A stretch of DNA of 64,000 nucleotides from an uncultured Bacilli bacterium (GTDB taxonomy: Bacteria; Bacillota_I; Bacilli_A; RF39; UBA660): NCBI GenBank assembly GCA_934102055.1, contig CAKOSE010000003.1:10641-74640 (forward strand), read 5' to 3'. The notes under the pieces are model-generated. The model saw only the letters and a list, made by a program, of their open reading frames with translations. It was not told the DNA's origin and ran no database searches. The position numbers were made by a program, and so were the translations under genes. Positions 16,517-27,500 of this stretch are shown here, one piece after another (positions within the stretch are counted from its first letter, which is position 1; each line of letters starts with the position of its first letter).

Positions 16517-19330
16517 TTAATCATCGTCGGGTATTACAGGATTATTATCTATTATTTTAACAGTTGTTTGAGCTTTACTAGTTTCTCCGTCATATTTTAT
16601 TGTATATGTTATTATATATGTATTTGCAGAAGATGTATCTATAGATGAAACTACACTTCCGCTTTTATCTGTTATTGTCGTTGTTACAGTAGCAGAAGAT
16701 GTCACATCCACACCATTTTCTGTTACTCTAAATGGTTTTGATGATGGAGAGTAGGAATCTCCAACATTTAAATTTACTTGTGAATCTACTAATGTATCTA
16801 TATCTATTTTTTGACTTAAACTCTTACTTACTCCAGAACTTTGATTTGCAGAACTCTTCTTATATGTTGTTTTAACTGTATATGTTCCAAATGGATTTGC
16901 ACCAGAGTAAGTATATGAAGTACTAGTTGTAAATCCTAGTAATTGTCCATTTAGATAAACATTGTATCCAAATTCTCCTAAAGAATCATCACCATCACTT
17001 GGTTTCTTAACAGCTCCCCAAGAAATTTCAACAACTCCTCCAGAATATTCAACTGATAATCCTGATGGATTAGGTAATACATTATATTTAGTTGATGTCT
17101 TCTTTGGAGCATGCCCTCGTTTAAATAACTCAGTAGTAGTCATACTACTTGGAGTATAAGCACTAGCAAGTTCTTCCGTTCCTTTTACTACTTTTGCTCT
17201 TACTACAGTAGATGGTTTTGTCCATTTTGCACCAGTACTATCAAATACAGCTTTAGCACATGCAACATATAAATTATTCTTATGATAATACATTTGTGAC
17301 ATCGTTAAATAAACACCTTTTTTATTTTCAACATATCCTGTCCACATAGCTAAACTTATATTCGGAGTATATCCTACTAACCAACCATCTGGTGCTGCAT
17401 CTGATGAATAACCAAACTTTCTTGCAGTTGCATCATCATAGTTTGTTGTTCCAGTTTTCATTGCAAATTGATCAGATGTTAGAGTAGGGATACTATTTCT
17501 TCCAGGCACATCTCTTAATACATCTGTAACCATATATGCAGTAGCCTCACTCATAACTCTTTCACCCTCAGATTTAAAAGTTATTTTCTCATCAGAATCT
17601 CTAAGTATTATCTTATTTACTGAATATGGTTCATAATATGTTCCACCATTTGAGAATGCTGCATAAGCACCAGCCATTTGAAGAGGAGAAGCACCATTAA
17701 ATGCACCAAGAGCATGAGCCTCATGAATATAACCAGTTGAATCAACTTCAGGTTTTATTCCTAAATTTGTTACAAATTTTTTTATTTTTTCATTATCTAC
17801 TGCTTGAAATGCTTCAACAGCTGGAACATTTCTTGAATCAGATAAAGCATACCTAAGTGATATATTTCCTCTATAAGCACCATCATAGTTTACTATTCTC
17901 TGATTAGTACCAGTATATGTTATAGGCTTATCATTAAAAATATGTGCAGTCGAATAATTTTCATATTCAATAGCAGGACCATAATCAAATAACGGTTTCG
18001 CAGTAGAACCAATCTGTCTTGATATATCAGTAGCATAACTAAATGTTCTTTCACCAGTTCTATTTCTGCCAGCTCCAACAGCAATTATCTTTCCAGTATT
18101 ACTATCGACTGCAACAGCACCACCTTGAATAGTCTTATTAATCCATCTATATGATTTTCCAGAAAACACTTTATTTAATTGTTCTTGTTTCTTAGTATCC
18201 ATATTTGTATAAATTTGCATTGGTACAACATATGGATCCATTCCAGTCTTATTGACTATCTCATTTACCACTAAATCAATATATCCCTGATAAATACTAT
18301 TATTAGTAGTCTTTGTACTTACAAGTAAATCTTTTACTTTCATACTTTCTGCAACTTCTTTTTCTTGTTCAGTTATATAACCATGTCTAACCATAAGCGA
18401 AAGAACAGTAGACCTTCTTTGTGTCGCAGCATCTGGATCTGCAAAAGGATCATAAGCACCTGGTGCTTGGAAAAGCCCAGCTATCAAAGAAGCTTCCGCT
18501 AAATTTAGTTGTTTAGCATGTTTACCAAAATATGTTTGTGCAGCTTGCTCAACACCATACGAATTACTTCCCAAGAAAGGTTCATTAACATAATATTCAA
18601 TTATCTCTTGTTTAGTAAAAGCTCTTTCTATCTTAAACACAGATAAATAAATATCAGTAAACTTTCTAATTATACCTTGAAGACCACTCGCTTCCCTAGA
18701 AGTAAAGTTATTCTTCGCAACTTGCATTGTTAAAGTAGAACCACCACCAGCATCACTAGCCCCAGCAAGCTGTCCTAAAACAGCCTTAGTAAATCTTGGA
18801 GCATCAAGTCCATTATGTTGAAAGAATCTAGAATCTTCAGTAGCAACTATTGCATCAACCAAAACATTAGGAAGTTCATCATATTCAAGTTTTTCCCTCT
18901 TCTCATTACCTAGTGTTGCAATAGTTTCATTCTTATTATCATAGATTATTGTAGTTTCATTCCTATCAAGTTTCTCAACATCAAATGATGGCGAAGAAAT
19001 TATTATCACTATAAAGAAAACAATAAAAGCAAGAATTCCAATTATACCAATCAAAAGAATTATTAAAAATATATTCTTAGCCCTTTTCCTCTTCTTAGTC
19101 CCTATAGGATACCTATCTATTGTCCTTACAAGCCATATCATCAAAAGATAAAGCACAGTAAATGCTAAAGCAACTAATAGACCAAATATCATATATCCCA
19201 GTACAAAGAAAAACAATGTAGTTATAATTATAAAACCAATCATTATTTTAGACGTTTTCTTAGGTCTTGCCTCTGCCTTGCTCATATTACTAGGTTGCTT
19301 CTTCTTAAGTTTAATTTTCTTTAATTTCAT
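16517..19330 (-). CDS. ponA: class A penicillin-binding protein (glycosyltransferase plus transpeptidase) with C-terminal FN3/Ig-like extension
   Basis: GT51 motifs ATEDSRFFQHNGLD and GGSTLTMQVAKN. Transpeptidase motifs STAKP, SRN, KTGTT. The start overlaps the recU stop (ATGA), matching the recU-ponA arrangement in Bacillus. Confidence 0.9.
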   Translation of the reverse strand: MKLKKIKLKKKQPSNMSKAEARPKKTSKIMIGFIIITTLFFFVLGYMIFGLLVALAFTVLYLLMIWLVRTIDRYPIGTKKRKRAKNIFLIILLIGIIGILAFIVFFIVIIISSPSFDVEKLDRNETTIIYDNKNETIATLGNEKREKLEYDELPNVLVDAIVATEDSRFFQHNGLDAPRFTKAVLGQLAGASDAGGGSTLTMQVAKNNFTSREASGLQGIIRKFTDIYLSVFKIERAFTKQEIIEYYVNEPFLGSNSYGVEQAAQTYFGKHAKQLNLAEASLIAGLFQAPGAYDPFADPDAATQRRSTVLSLMVRHGYITEQEKEVAESMKVKDLLVSTKTTNNSIYQGYIDLVVNEIVNKTGMDPYVVPMQIYTNMDTKKQEQLNKVFSGKSYRWINKTIQGGAVAVDSNTGKIIAVGAGRNRTGERTFSYATDISRQIGSTAKPLFDYGPAIEYENYSTAHIFNDKPITYTGTNQRIVNYDGAYRGNISLRYALSDSRNVPAVEAFQAVDNEKIKKFVTNLGIKPEVDSTGYIHEAHALGAFNGASPLQMAGAYAAFSNGGTYYEPYSVNKIILRDSDEKITFKSEGERVMSEATAYMVTDVLRDVPGRNSIPTLTSDQFAMKTGTTNYDDATARKFGYSSDAAPDGWLVGYTPNISLAMWTGYVENKKGVYLTMSQMYYHKNNLYVACAKAVFDSTGAKWTKPSTVVRAKVVKGTEELASAYTPSSMTTTELFKRGHAPKKTSTKYNVLPNPSGLSVEYSGGVVEISWGAVKKPSDGDDSLGEFGYNVYLNGQLLGFTTSTSYTYSGANPFGTYTVKTTYKKSSANQSSGVSKSLSQKIDIDTLVDSQVNLNVGDSYSPSSKPFRVTENGVDVTSSATVTTTITDKSGSVVSSIDTSSANTYIITYTIKYDGETSKAQTTVKIIDNNPVIPDDD

Positions 19331-19875
19331 AAGATACCTCCATATTTATCAATTATTTCTATATAATCTACTCTTGGTGATAATTTATCTTTTATTAAAT
19401 AACCATACTTTTTAAAATACTCAAGTGGCACTGATTTTCTATCTTCATTTTCTATAAAATCAATAAAATCCTTTCCAAATAAAAGATAAGTTTCATTTTT
19501 TAAAGCAAATCTTACTATTAAAAAACATATTCCATGATGTTTTATCACTCTTTTTAAATGTTCAATCTGGTGATTATGAATATTTCTTAAAGGAAAAGAA
19601 GTATTTTTCGTCTCTTTAGCCTCAAAATCAATATATTTACCCTTATATAAACCATTATAATCAGTAGTAGAAGGCTTCTCAAAAAAAGCATTCACTATCT
19701 TTTCATTAACCTGTTTTACAACCTTAACAGGAGTAGGTTTCTTATATATTACTGCAATATCATGATCTAAGTAATACCTATTAGAATCATTTATCTCACT
19801 CTCTAAAGTCATTCCCCTGTTTCCATAGTTAATGAAACTTTTACTTTTGGTTATATTATTAGGATATTTTATCAA
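19327..19875 (-). CDS. recU: Holliday junction resolvase RecU
   Basis: GMTLESEIN..YY, DFEAKETKN, FPLRNIHNHQIEHL. Sits upstream of ponA. Apparent TTG start after GGTGAT. Confidence 0.85.
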   Translation of the reverse strand: MIKYPNNITKSKSFINYGNRGMTLESEINDSNRYYLDHDIAVIYKKPTPVKVVKQVNEKIVNAFFEKPSTTDYNGLYKGKYIDFEAKETKNTSFPLRNIHNHQIEHLKRVIKHHGICFLIVRFALKNETYLLFGKDFIDFIENEDRKSVPLEYFKKYGYLIKDKLSPRVDYIEIIDKYGGIL

Positions 19876-20002
19876 ATTGCATCACCATATTAAAATTATA
19901 CTATATTTGTTATGTTTTTTCTATCTTTTTTTATATATTTTTGTCGAATATAAGACAAGATTTACAGTTTATATTATAATTATAATGAAAGGTGTGATTT
20001 TC

Positions 20003-20104
20003 ATGAACAGAGATGACTTAACTTATATTTTAAATAATATGTTAGGAGAATGTAGATATGTTAAATTTAAAACAAGTACCTGTTTTATCCTAAATAAACA
20101 ATAA
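20003..20104 (+). CDS. possible 33-aa small protein (hypothetical)
   Basis: The ATG at 20003 is preceded by AAAGGTGTG at good spacing. The upstream part of the track ORF (19832-20002) is antisense to recU and looks spurious. No recognisable family. Confidence 0.2.
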   Translation: MNRDDLTYILNNMLGECRYVKFKTSTCFILNKQ

Positions 20105-20160
20105 TTATTGTCTTTTCAACATTTTTTGTTTATAATTGTTTTAATCCAAGGAGGGATAAT

Positions 20161-21981
20161 ATGTGTGGAATAGTAGGCTATGCAGGATATAGAAACTCTA
20201 TAGACGTCTTACTAAAAGGACTTAGCAACCTAGAATATAGAGGATATGATTCCGCAGGAATAGCATATTTCAAAAACAATAATATAGAAATAGTAAAAAA
20301 AGAAGGAAAACTAAAAAATCTAAAAGAAGAACTAAAAAACAAAGAAATACATTCAATTGGAATAGGACATACCAGATGGGCAACTCATGGTGCTGCAACA
20401 AGTACAAATGCTCATCCCCATAGAGTAGGGAAAGTAACACTAGTTCATAATGGAATAATAGAAAACTACGTAAAACTAAGAGAAGAACTAACAAAACAAG
20501 GATACAGTTTTAAAACCTCAACAGATACAGAAGTAGCATGTTGTCTATTTGATAGTATCTATAAAGAATGTAAAGATAAACTCTTATGTATGAAAAAAGT
20601 AAGCGAAAAAGTAAAAGGTTCTTACGCATTTGCAGCTTTATTTGATGATGATATAGATAATATCTATGTCATGAGATGTGATAGTCCTCTTATAGTAGCA
20701 CTAGGAAATAATGAAAACTTCATAGCATCAGATGTACCAGCAATACTAGAATTCACTAAAAAATATATCCTAATAGATAAAGACGAGTATGGTATCGTAA
20801 ACAAAGACAAAGTAACCATCTATAATAAAGATCTAAAAGAAATAACAAAAGAAATTCTTACCTACGATGGTACCATAGAAAGTGCCAAAAAAAATGGATT
20901 TGAACACTTCATGATCAAAGAAATAAATGACGAACCAAGCACCCTTACTTACACCTATGAACAATTCTTCAAAAATAATATAAAAGAACTCATGAAAAAC
21001 ATGCCAGACTTTTCTAAATACAAAAACATAGACATAATAGGATGTGGAAGTGCTTATCACGCGGGACTAATTGGTAAAAGCTTCCTAGAAGAATATGCAG
21101 AAATACCAACAAGTGTCTATCTAGCAAGCGAATATCGTTATTCAAAGACCTTTAGTGATAACAAAACCCTTACAATTCTAATTTCTCAATCAGGGGAAAC
21201 CGCAGACACTCTAGCAGCACTAAGAAAAGCAAAACAAAACAATATAGATACATTAGGAATTATTAATACAGTAGGATCATCAATCGCAAGAGAAGCCCTA
21301 AATGTATTTTATATAAAAGTAGGCTGTGAAGTATCAGTAGCAACAACAAAAGCTTATTCAGCACAAGTATTAATCCTTATGTTAATAGCACTCTCTATTG
21401 CAAGCAAAAAAGGTATCATAAACGAAGAAATCGCTAATAAATACCTAAATGATATAAAAAAAATTCCAAGTCTAATAACAAAAGAAATAAATAACAAAGA
21501 CACATACTATAAAATAGCAAATCTAATCTATAACAAAAACGACGTATTCTTCCTAGGAAGAGGAATAGATTACTATCTATGTATGGAAGCATCATTAAAA
21601 CTAAAAGAAATATCATATATCCATAGCGAAAGCTATGCAGCGGGAGAACTAAAACACGGAACAATTTCATTAATTAGCGAAGGAACCCCAGTAATAGGAC
21701 TAGTCACAAACCACGATCTTGCAATGAAAAGCATAAGCAACATAAAAGAAGTAAAAGCAAGAGGAGCATTCGTCATATTTGTTACCCTAGATAGTATCTA
21801 TGAAGAATACAAAAACGACGACTTTTATGACGAAGTTATCACAGTAGAAGACATCTCATCCTTTACTTCACCACTTCTTGTTATGACAATTTTCCAACTA
21901 TTTGCCTATAAAGTAGCATATCTAAGGGGAGAAGCCATAGATAAACCAAGAAACTTAGCTAAGTCAGTAACTGTAGAATAG
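20161..21981 (+). CDS. glmS: glutamine-fructose-6-phosphate aminotransferase
   Basis: N-terminal MCGIVGY nucleophile, GHTRWATHG, two SIS domains, C-terminal KSVTVE. SD AAGGAGGG. Confidence 0.95.
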   Translation: MCGIVGYAGYRNSIDVLLKGLSNLEYRGYDSAGIAYFKNNNIEIVKKEGKLKNLKEELKNKEIHSIGIGHTRWATHGAATSTNAHPHRVGKVTLVHNGIIENYVKLREELTKQGYSFKTSTDTEVACCLFDSIYKECKDKLLCMKKVSEKVKGSYAFAALFDDDIDNIYVMRCDSPLIVALGNNENFIASDVPAILEFTKKYILIDKDEYGIVNKDKVTIYNKDLKEITKEILTYDGTIESAKKNGFEHFMIKEINDEPSTLTYTYEQFFKNNIKELMKNMPDFSKYKNIDIIGCGSAYHAGLIGKSFLEEYAEIPTSVYLASEYRYSKTFSDNKTLTILISQSGETADTLAALRKAKQNNIDTLGIINTVGSSIAREALNVFYIKVGCEVSVATTKAYSAQVLILMLIALSIASKKGIINEEIANKYLNDIKKIPSLITKEINNKDTYYKIANLIYNKNDVFFLGRGIDYYLCMEASLKLKEISYIHSESYAAGELKHGTISLISEGTPVIGLVTNHDLAMKSISNIKEVKARGAFVIFVTLDSIYEEYKNDDFYDEVITVEDISSFTSPLLVMTIFQLFAYKVAYLRGEAIDKPRNLAKSVTVE

Positions 21982-22035
21982 TTATTGACTTTTTTCATTT
22001 GCTGTTATATATTTGTTGTAACAGAGGTGAAACAA

Positions 22036-22419
22036 ATGAATATAAAACTAAATAACAACAGTGGCATTCCCATCTATGAACAAATAAAAGATCAAATAAA
22101 AGAATATGTCGCAAGTGGTACATTAAACAGTAAAGATCCACTTCCATCCATAAGAGCCTTATCAAATCAAATTGGTATAAGTGTAATGACAGTAAAAAAA
22201 GCCTATGACGAACTCCTAGACGAAGGAGTAATCATAACAATACCAGGAAAAGGTAGTTACATTAACCTAGATAGTGTTAAAATTATTAGAGAAAGCATGA
22301 TAGACAAAATAGAACTCCTTCTAGGAGAAGCCATAGACATAGCAAAAAGTCTTAATATAACAAAAGAAGAACTACTAAAACACTACTTAAAACTAGAACA
22401 AACAAAAAGAGGAAATTAA
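22036..22419 (+). CDS. small GntR-family (YhcF-like) transcriptional regulator
   Basis: PIYEQIKDQIKEYV..LPSIRALSNQIGISVMTVKKAYDELLDEG winged-helix signature. SD GAGGTG before the ATG at 22036; the track start at 21985 is non-ATG with no SD. Confidence 0.8.
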   Translation: MNIKLNNNSGIPIYEQIKDQIKEYVASGTLNSKDPLPSIRALSNQIGISVMTVKKAYDELLDEGVIITIPGKGSYINLDSVKIIRESMIDKIELLLGEAIDIAKSLNITKEELLKHYLKLEQTKRGN

Positions 22420-22431
22420 TAAGGAGAAAAT

Positions 22432-22932
22432 ATGTCAAAAAAAAGAAACGATTACCTAAACTGGGATGAATACTTTATGGCCATTGCCAAACTATCCTCA
22501 ATGAGAAGTAAAGACCCATCAACACAAGTCGGAGCATGTATAGTAAGCGATAACAACAGAATCCTATCAATAGGATATAACGGTGCACCAAATGGTTTTC
22601 ATGACGATATATTCCCATGGGGAAAAGAAGGAAAAAATCTAGAAACAAAATATATGTACGTTGTACACGCAGAAAGAAATGCCATTCTAAACTACAGAGG
22701 TTCCCGAAAAGACCTAGAAGAAGCAAGAATATACGTAGATCTATTCCCATGCAATGAATGTGCAAAAGAAATAATCCAATCAGGTATAAAAGAAGTAGTA
22801 TACCTAAGTGATAAATATCATGATCAAGAAAACACAGTAGCATCAAGAAAACTATTCGATGCATGCGGTGTTAAATATAGAAAACTAGAAATAAGTACCA
22901 TAAAAGAAATAAATATTAGTTTAAAAGACTAA
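22432..22932 (+). CDS. comEB: dCMP deaminase (ComEB family)
   Basis: Cytidine/deoxycytidylate deaminase zinc motifs HAERNAI and PCNECAK; 166 aa. Confidence 0.9.
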   Translation: MSKKRNDYLNWDEYFMAIAKLSSMRSKDPSTQVGACIVSDNNRILSIGYNGAPNGFHDDIFPWGKEGKNLETKYMYVVHAERNAILNYRGSRKDLEEARIYVDLFPCNECAKEIIQSGIKEVVYLSDKYHDQENTVASRKLFDACGVKYRKLEISTIKEINISLKD

Positions 22933-22948
22933 TTTTTTTCATACAAAC

Positions 22949-23032
22949 AGGAAAAATGTGTAAAAGCACATGAAAAAATGTCGGAAAAATGTGATAATCA
23001 GTACTTGAAATAGCAGGAATTTTGTGATAATA
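22949..23032 (+). promoter_or_regulatory. reiterated GGAAAAATGTG(ATAAT) motif upstream of the ATPase gene
   Basis: GGAAAAATGTG at 22950, GAAAAAATGTC at 22972, GGAAAAATGTGATAAT at 22983-22998 and GGAATTTTGTGATAAT at 23016-23031. The last two contain extended -10-like TGTGATAAT. Confidence 0.3.
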
Positions 23033-23050
23033 TTAATCTAGGTGATAGAA

Positions 23051-24388
23051 ATGAAAAGATTAAAAAGAAAAATAGATGATTTTTTAATAGAATGGAAAAA
23101 TAGTGAAAATAGACTTCCACTAATTGTAAAAGGAGCTAGACAAATTGGAAAAACAAATGCCATTAGAAATTTCGGAGAAAATTATTATGAAACATTTATA
23201 GAAATTAATTTTGCTCTAGAACCAGAATTTAAATCAATATTCAAAAGAACATTTAATGTCGATGAAATAATAAAAGAAATAACAATGAGAAGACCTGAAA
23301 TTAATTTAAAGCCAAATAGTACTTTAATTTTCTTTGATGAAATGCAAGAATGCGTAAGTACTGCTACTTCTTTAAAATCATTTAGAGAAGATGGGAGATA
23401 TGATGTTATATGTTCAGGTTCACTTATGGGAATAAACTATAAAAAAATTGAATCTAATAGTGTTGGGAACAAACAAGACTATGTAATGCGTTCAATGGAT
23501 TTTGAAGAATTCTTATGGGCTAAAGGCTATAAAGAAAATCAAATTGATGATTTATATGAGTGTATGAAAGAATGCAAACCTTTAACAGAAACTACATATG
23601 ATGTTATGATGACTAATTTTAGAGATTATATGGTAATAGGAGGAATGCCTGCAATTGTATCTAATTATATTGAGAACAAAAACTTTAGTGGTGTTCTAAG
23701 TATGCAAAAACAAATACTTCTTGATTATGAAGAAGATATAACAAAGTATGCAAGCGGATTAGATCAAAGTAAAATACTAGCATTTTATAAAACAATCCCA
23801 GTATTTCTTGGAAACGAAAACAAAAAATTTCAAATATCAAAGATTACAGATGGTGCTAGAAATAGAGAATATGTAGGAGTAATGGACTGGTTAGAAAGAG
23901 CAGGAATAATAAATGCAAGCTATTGTCTTGATGAATTAAGTCTTCCATTAAAAGGCAATTATAATCCAACTAATTATAGAATATATTTTGGAGACACAGG
24001 ATTATTAATCGCATCACTAGATGAAGAAGCTCAAGATGATCTTAGAAAAAATCAAAACTTTAACACCTATAAAGGAGCAATATATGAAAATATTGTCGGA
24101 GATATGTTAGTTAAAGCAGGGTATGACTTATACTTTTATAAAAACGAAAAAGGAACACTAGAAATGGATTTCTTTATAAGAGACAAAAACTCCCTTATCC
24201 CAGTAGAAGTTAAAGCAAGCAATAACTCTACTACCTCACTTAATAATTTAATTGATAGTGATAGTTATAAAGATATTAAATATGGAATTAAACTATGTAA
24301 TAAAAATATAGGATTTAATGGTAAATTTTATACATTTCCATACTTTATGACATTCTTATTAAAAAGATATATAAAAGAAACAAAATAA
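23051..24388 (+). CDS. AAA_14/DUF4143-type ATPase (function unknown)
   Basis: Walker A-like GARQIGKT, Walker B IFFDEMQ, and the C-terminal region typical of DUF4143 ATP-binding proteins (EMDFFI..IPVEVK restriction-endonuclease-like tail). SD AGGTGA before the ATG at 23051. Confidence 0.7.
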   Translation: MKRLKRKIDDFLIEWKNSENRLPLIVKGARQIGKTNAIRNFGENYYETFIEINFALEPEFKSIFKRTFNVDEIIKEITMRRPEINLKPNSTLIFFDEMQECVSTATSLKSFREDGRYDVICSGSLMGINYKKIESNSVGNKQDYVMRSMDFEEFLWAKGYKENQIDDLYECMKECKPLTETTYDVMMTNFRDYMVIGGMPAIVSNYIENKNFSGVLSMQKQILLDYEEDITKYASGLDQSKILAFYKTIPVFLGNENKKFQISKITDGARNREYVGVMDWLERAGIINASYCLDELSLPLKGNYNPTNYRIYFGDTGLLIASLDEEAQDDLRKNQNFNTYKGAIYENIVGDMLVKAGYDLYFYKNEKGTLEMDFFIRDKNSLIPVEVKASNNSTTSLNNLIDSDSYKDIKYGIKLCNKNIGFNGKFYTFPYFMTFLLKRYIKETK

Positions 24389-24509
24389 ATAATATATTTG
24401 TAAACACCTATAATTTTAAACTCCTAAATTATATTTTTTTCTTGTGTTTTAATCCAAATAATAGTATTATTTATACTAGAGATAGTAAAAATATATAAAG
24501 GAGTAGGTT

Positions 24510-27500
24510 ATGAATAATGAGAAGAAAAGTAATAAATTAAAGATAGTTACTTTTATATTAATGATTTTACTTGTTTTAACAGGAACAAGTTATGCAATTA
24601 TTACATGGAGTTATGAAGGAAAAACAGATAATTTACTAAGTACCCCAGATATTTCATTTAGATTTCTAGAATCCAATAAAGAAGTAATAGGAATAGAAAA
24701 CGGAGTACCTATGACAGATGAACAAGGTATGAATCAAACTGGAACAGGTAACGTATTTGACTTTGAAGTAAAGTCAAAATTCAATGCTAATACCGACGTA
24801 AAATATACAGTTAGTCTAGAAAAACTAACCATCGATAGTGGTAAAACCCAAATCCCAGAAGATGAAATAAAAATATATGTCGAAGACTTCGAAGGAAAAA
24901 CAGTCCTAAAACCAACAAAAATAAGTGATCTAGATAATTATAATTTATTTATCAAAACAGATAGACACAGTAAAGATAACGAAGAAATAAGTTCAAAATA
25001 TAGACTAAAAGTATGGTTAGACGAAAGTGTAGACGTTTTTACAAACCAAAACAGACAATATAAATTCAAAATAAACGTAGGAACAACAGAACAAGAACAA
25101 AACCCAAATCAAACATATAACCTAGTTTATAATCTAAACGGAGGAACAGGTAACATAAGTAGTACTTCATTCAAAGTAGGAAACAAAGTAACAATAACAA
25201 GCACAGTTCCCACAAAAGATGGTTATAAATTCCTAGGATGGAGTACTAATAAAAATAATAGTAATGCAGAATATACAAGCGGAGAACAAGTTTCATTAAC
25301 AAACGCTTATAACAACAACGTAACACTTTATGCAATATGGCAATCAAATGCATATACAGTAAAATACGATAGCAATAGTGGTGCAGGAACAATGACAGAT
25401 AGTTCATTTAAATATGGAGAATCTAAAAAACTAACAAAAAATACATTCACAAAAGAAGGATATACATTCCTAGGATGGAATACAGATAAAACAAAACAAG
25501 AAGCACTATATACAGATGAACAAGTAGTTAGTAATCTAATTAAATCTGGTAATTCAGTAACACTTTACGCAATATGGAAAGCAAATACATATACAGTAAA
25601 ATATGACAATAACGGTGGAAACGGTAGCATAGAAAATACCACATTCACTTATGGAGAATCAAAAAAATTAACAAAAAATACATTCACAAAAACAGGATAT
25701 ACATTCCTAGGATGGAATACAGATAAAGAAGCAACAACAGTACTTTACACAGACGAAAAACAAGTAAGCAACCTAACAAAAGAAAATAACAAAATAATCA
25801 CTCTATATGCAATATGGAAAGCTAACACATATACAGTAAAATACGATAACAATGGCGGAGTAGGAACAATAAGTAACAGTACATTTACCTATAATCAAAC
25901 CAAAAGCTTAACAAAAAACACATTCACAAAAGATGGTTATAAGTTCCTAGGATGGAACACAGATAAGTATTCAACAAAAGCCCTATACACAGATGAGCAA
26001 CAAGTAAGTAACCTAACCATAAAAAATAATGATACCATCACCTTATACGCAATATGGGAAGAAATAACTTATACAGTCAAATATAATGCAAATGGTGGAG
26101 CAATTAAAGATGTACAAAGTATAGAACCTGATGTTGATTATTACCCAGGAGGTGGTAGTTTAATTGAAAAGGGAGAAAACTGGACAAAAGAAGGAGATGT
26201 ATATAAAAGTAGAGATTTTACGACTGATCTAGATTCACTTTTATTTTCTCCTATAACGGTAGAAAAAGCTAGTGTATTATCTCTAGATGTAGTAGTTTCA
26301 CAAAAAGAAGAAAATATGATTATGGTTGGTCTTCTGTCATCAGACTTTGAAAATATTCTAGAAAGAAAAATGATCCCTGGTACTCCTGGTTTAACTGATG
26401 AATCTAACCTGCCATATCAAACTATTGAGTTTTCTTTAGAACCTGGTTCTTACATTCTAGGATTTGAGACTGCTAATTATAATCCTTCAGAAGGATTGAA
26501 CAGAGCTTATGTAAAAAATATAAAAATAACAAGTTCATCTGATAAAACAATGGAAGATTCTGTATTTAAAGGTTCTAGTAAATTATCTAAAAACTTATAT
26601 CAAAGAGATCATTATATCTTTAAAGGATGGAGTTTAGATCAAAACGCAACAAGTGCAACATATCAAGATGAACAACAAGTAAGCGGTTTAGCAGCAAAAG
26701 AAAATGATACAGTTAATTTATATGCAATATGGGAAAAAGAAAAATACAATGTCAATGTAGTAGTACAAAATGGAACAGTAGATACTGCAAGTAAACAAAT
26801 TCCTTATAATGAAAATGGAACATTTAATTTAACTTCTAATTCAGAAGGTGCAGTAGGAATAGTAACATGTACAAATAATCAAATAGGACAAATAGAAAAC
26901 AATGTACTTACAGTATCAAACGTGAGTGCAAGTACTACGTGTACAGTAATGTTTATAAAAGAATCTACAACATTATATGAAGATGGAACTCTTATAATAA
27001 ATGAAAATGCCAAAAATAGAATTACTAATCTATCAACACATGGAAATATAACAAAAGAGTATGAGCCAATGAGTGATAGCAATTCATATGTCATGAATTT
27101 TAGTAGTCAACCATGGAAAAATGAAAGAAGTTCAATAAAAAGTGTGGAAATAGGACAAAAAACAGGACCTATATCAACAGCATGGTGGTTTTATTATTTA
27201 ACTAATATGGAAGAAGGAGATTTTACAAATTTAGATACCTCAAGTGTAACAAATATGCAATCTATGTTTGAATCTGCAGGTGAAAGTTCTACTACATTTG
27301 AATTAACAGGATTAAACAATTTTGATACATCAAAAGTAACAGATATGGGCAGAACATTTAGTAATACAGGTAAAGCTGCCACAAATTTTGATATAGGAGA
27401 TTTATCAAACTGGAATACCTCAAGTGTAACAAGTATGGGTTCAATGTTTAATGAAGCAGGTTCAAGTGCTACAACATGGTCAATAGGAGACCTATCAAAT

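Noticed and set aside
19876-20160. Looked for a glmS ribozyme in the 285-nt spacer upstream of glmS, as is common in Firmicutes.
   Set aside because: The spacer is extremely AT-rich. It shows none of the G+C-rich conserved core or pseudoknot segments I associate with the ribozyme. It contains only a possible 33-aa ORF and promoter-like hexamers.
21985-22035. The upstream extension of the GntR ORF (MTFFICCYIFVVTEVKQ).
   Set aside because: It has a non-ATG start directly abutting the glmS stop and no SD. The winged-helix protein aligns from the Met at 22036, which is preceded by GAGGTG.
25110-26069. Regularly spaced repeats that could superficially suggest a CRISPR-like or satellite array.
   Set aside because: The units are about 234-240 nt, in frame, diverged, and encode Flg_new protein repeats. 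There is no short repeat/spacer structure anywhere in the window.
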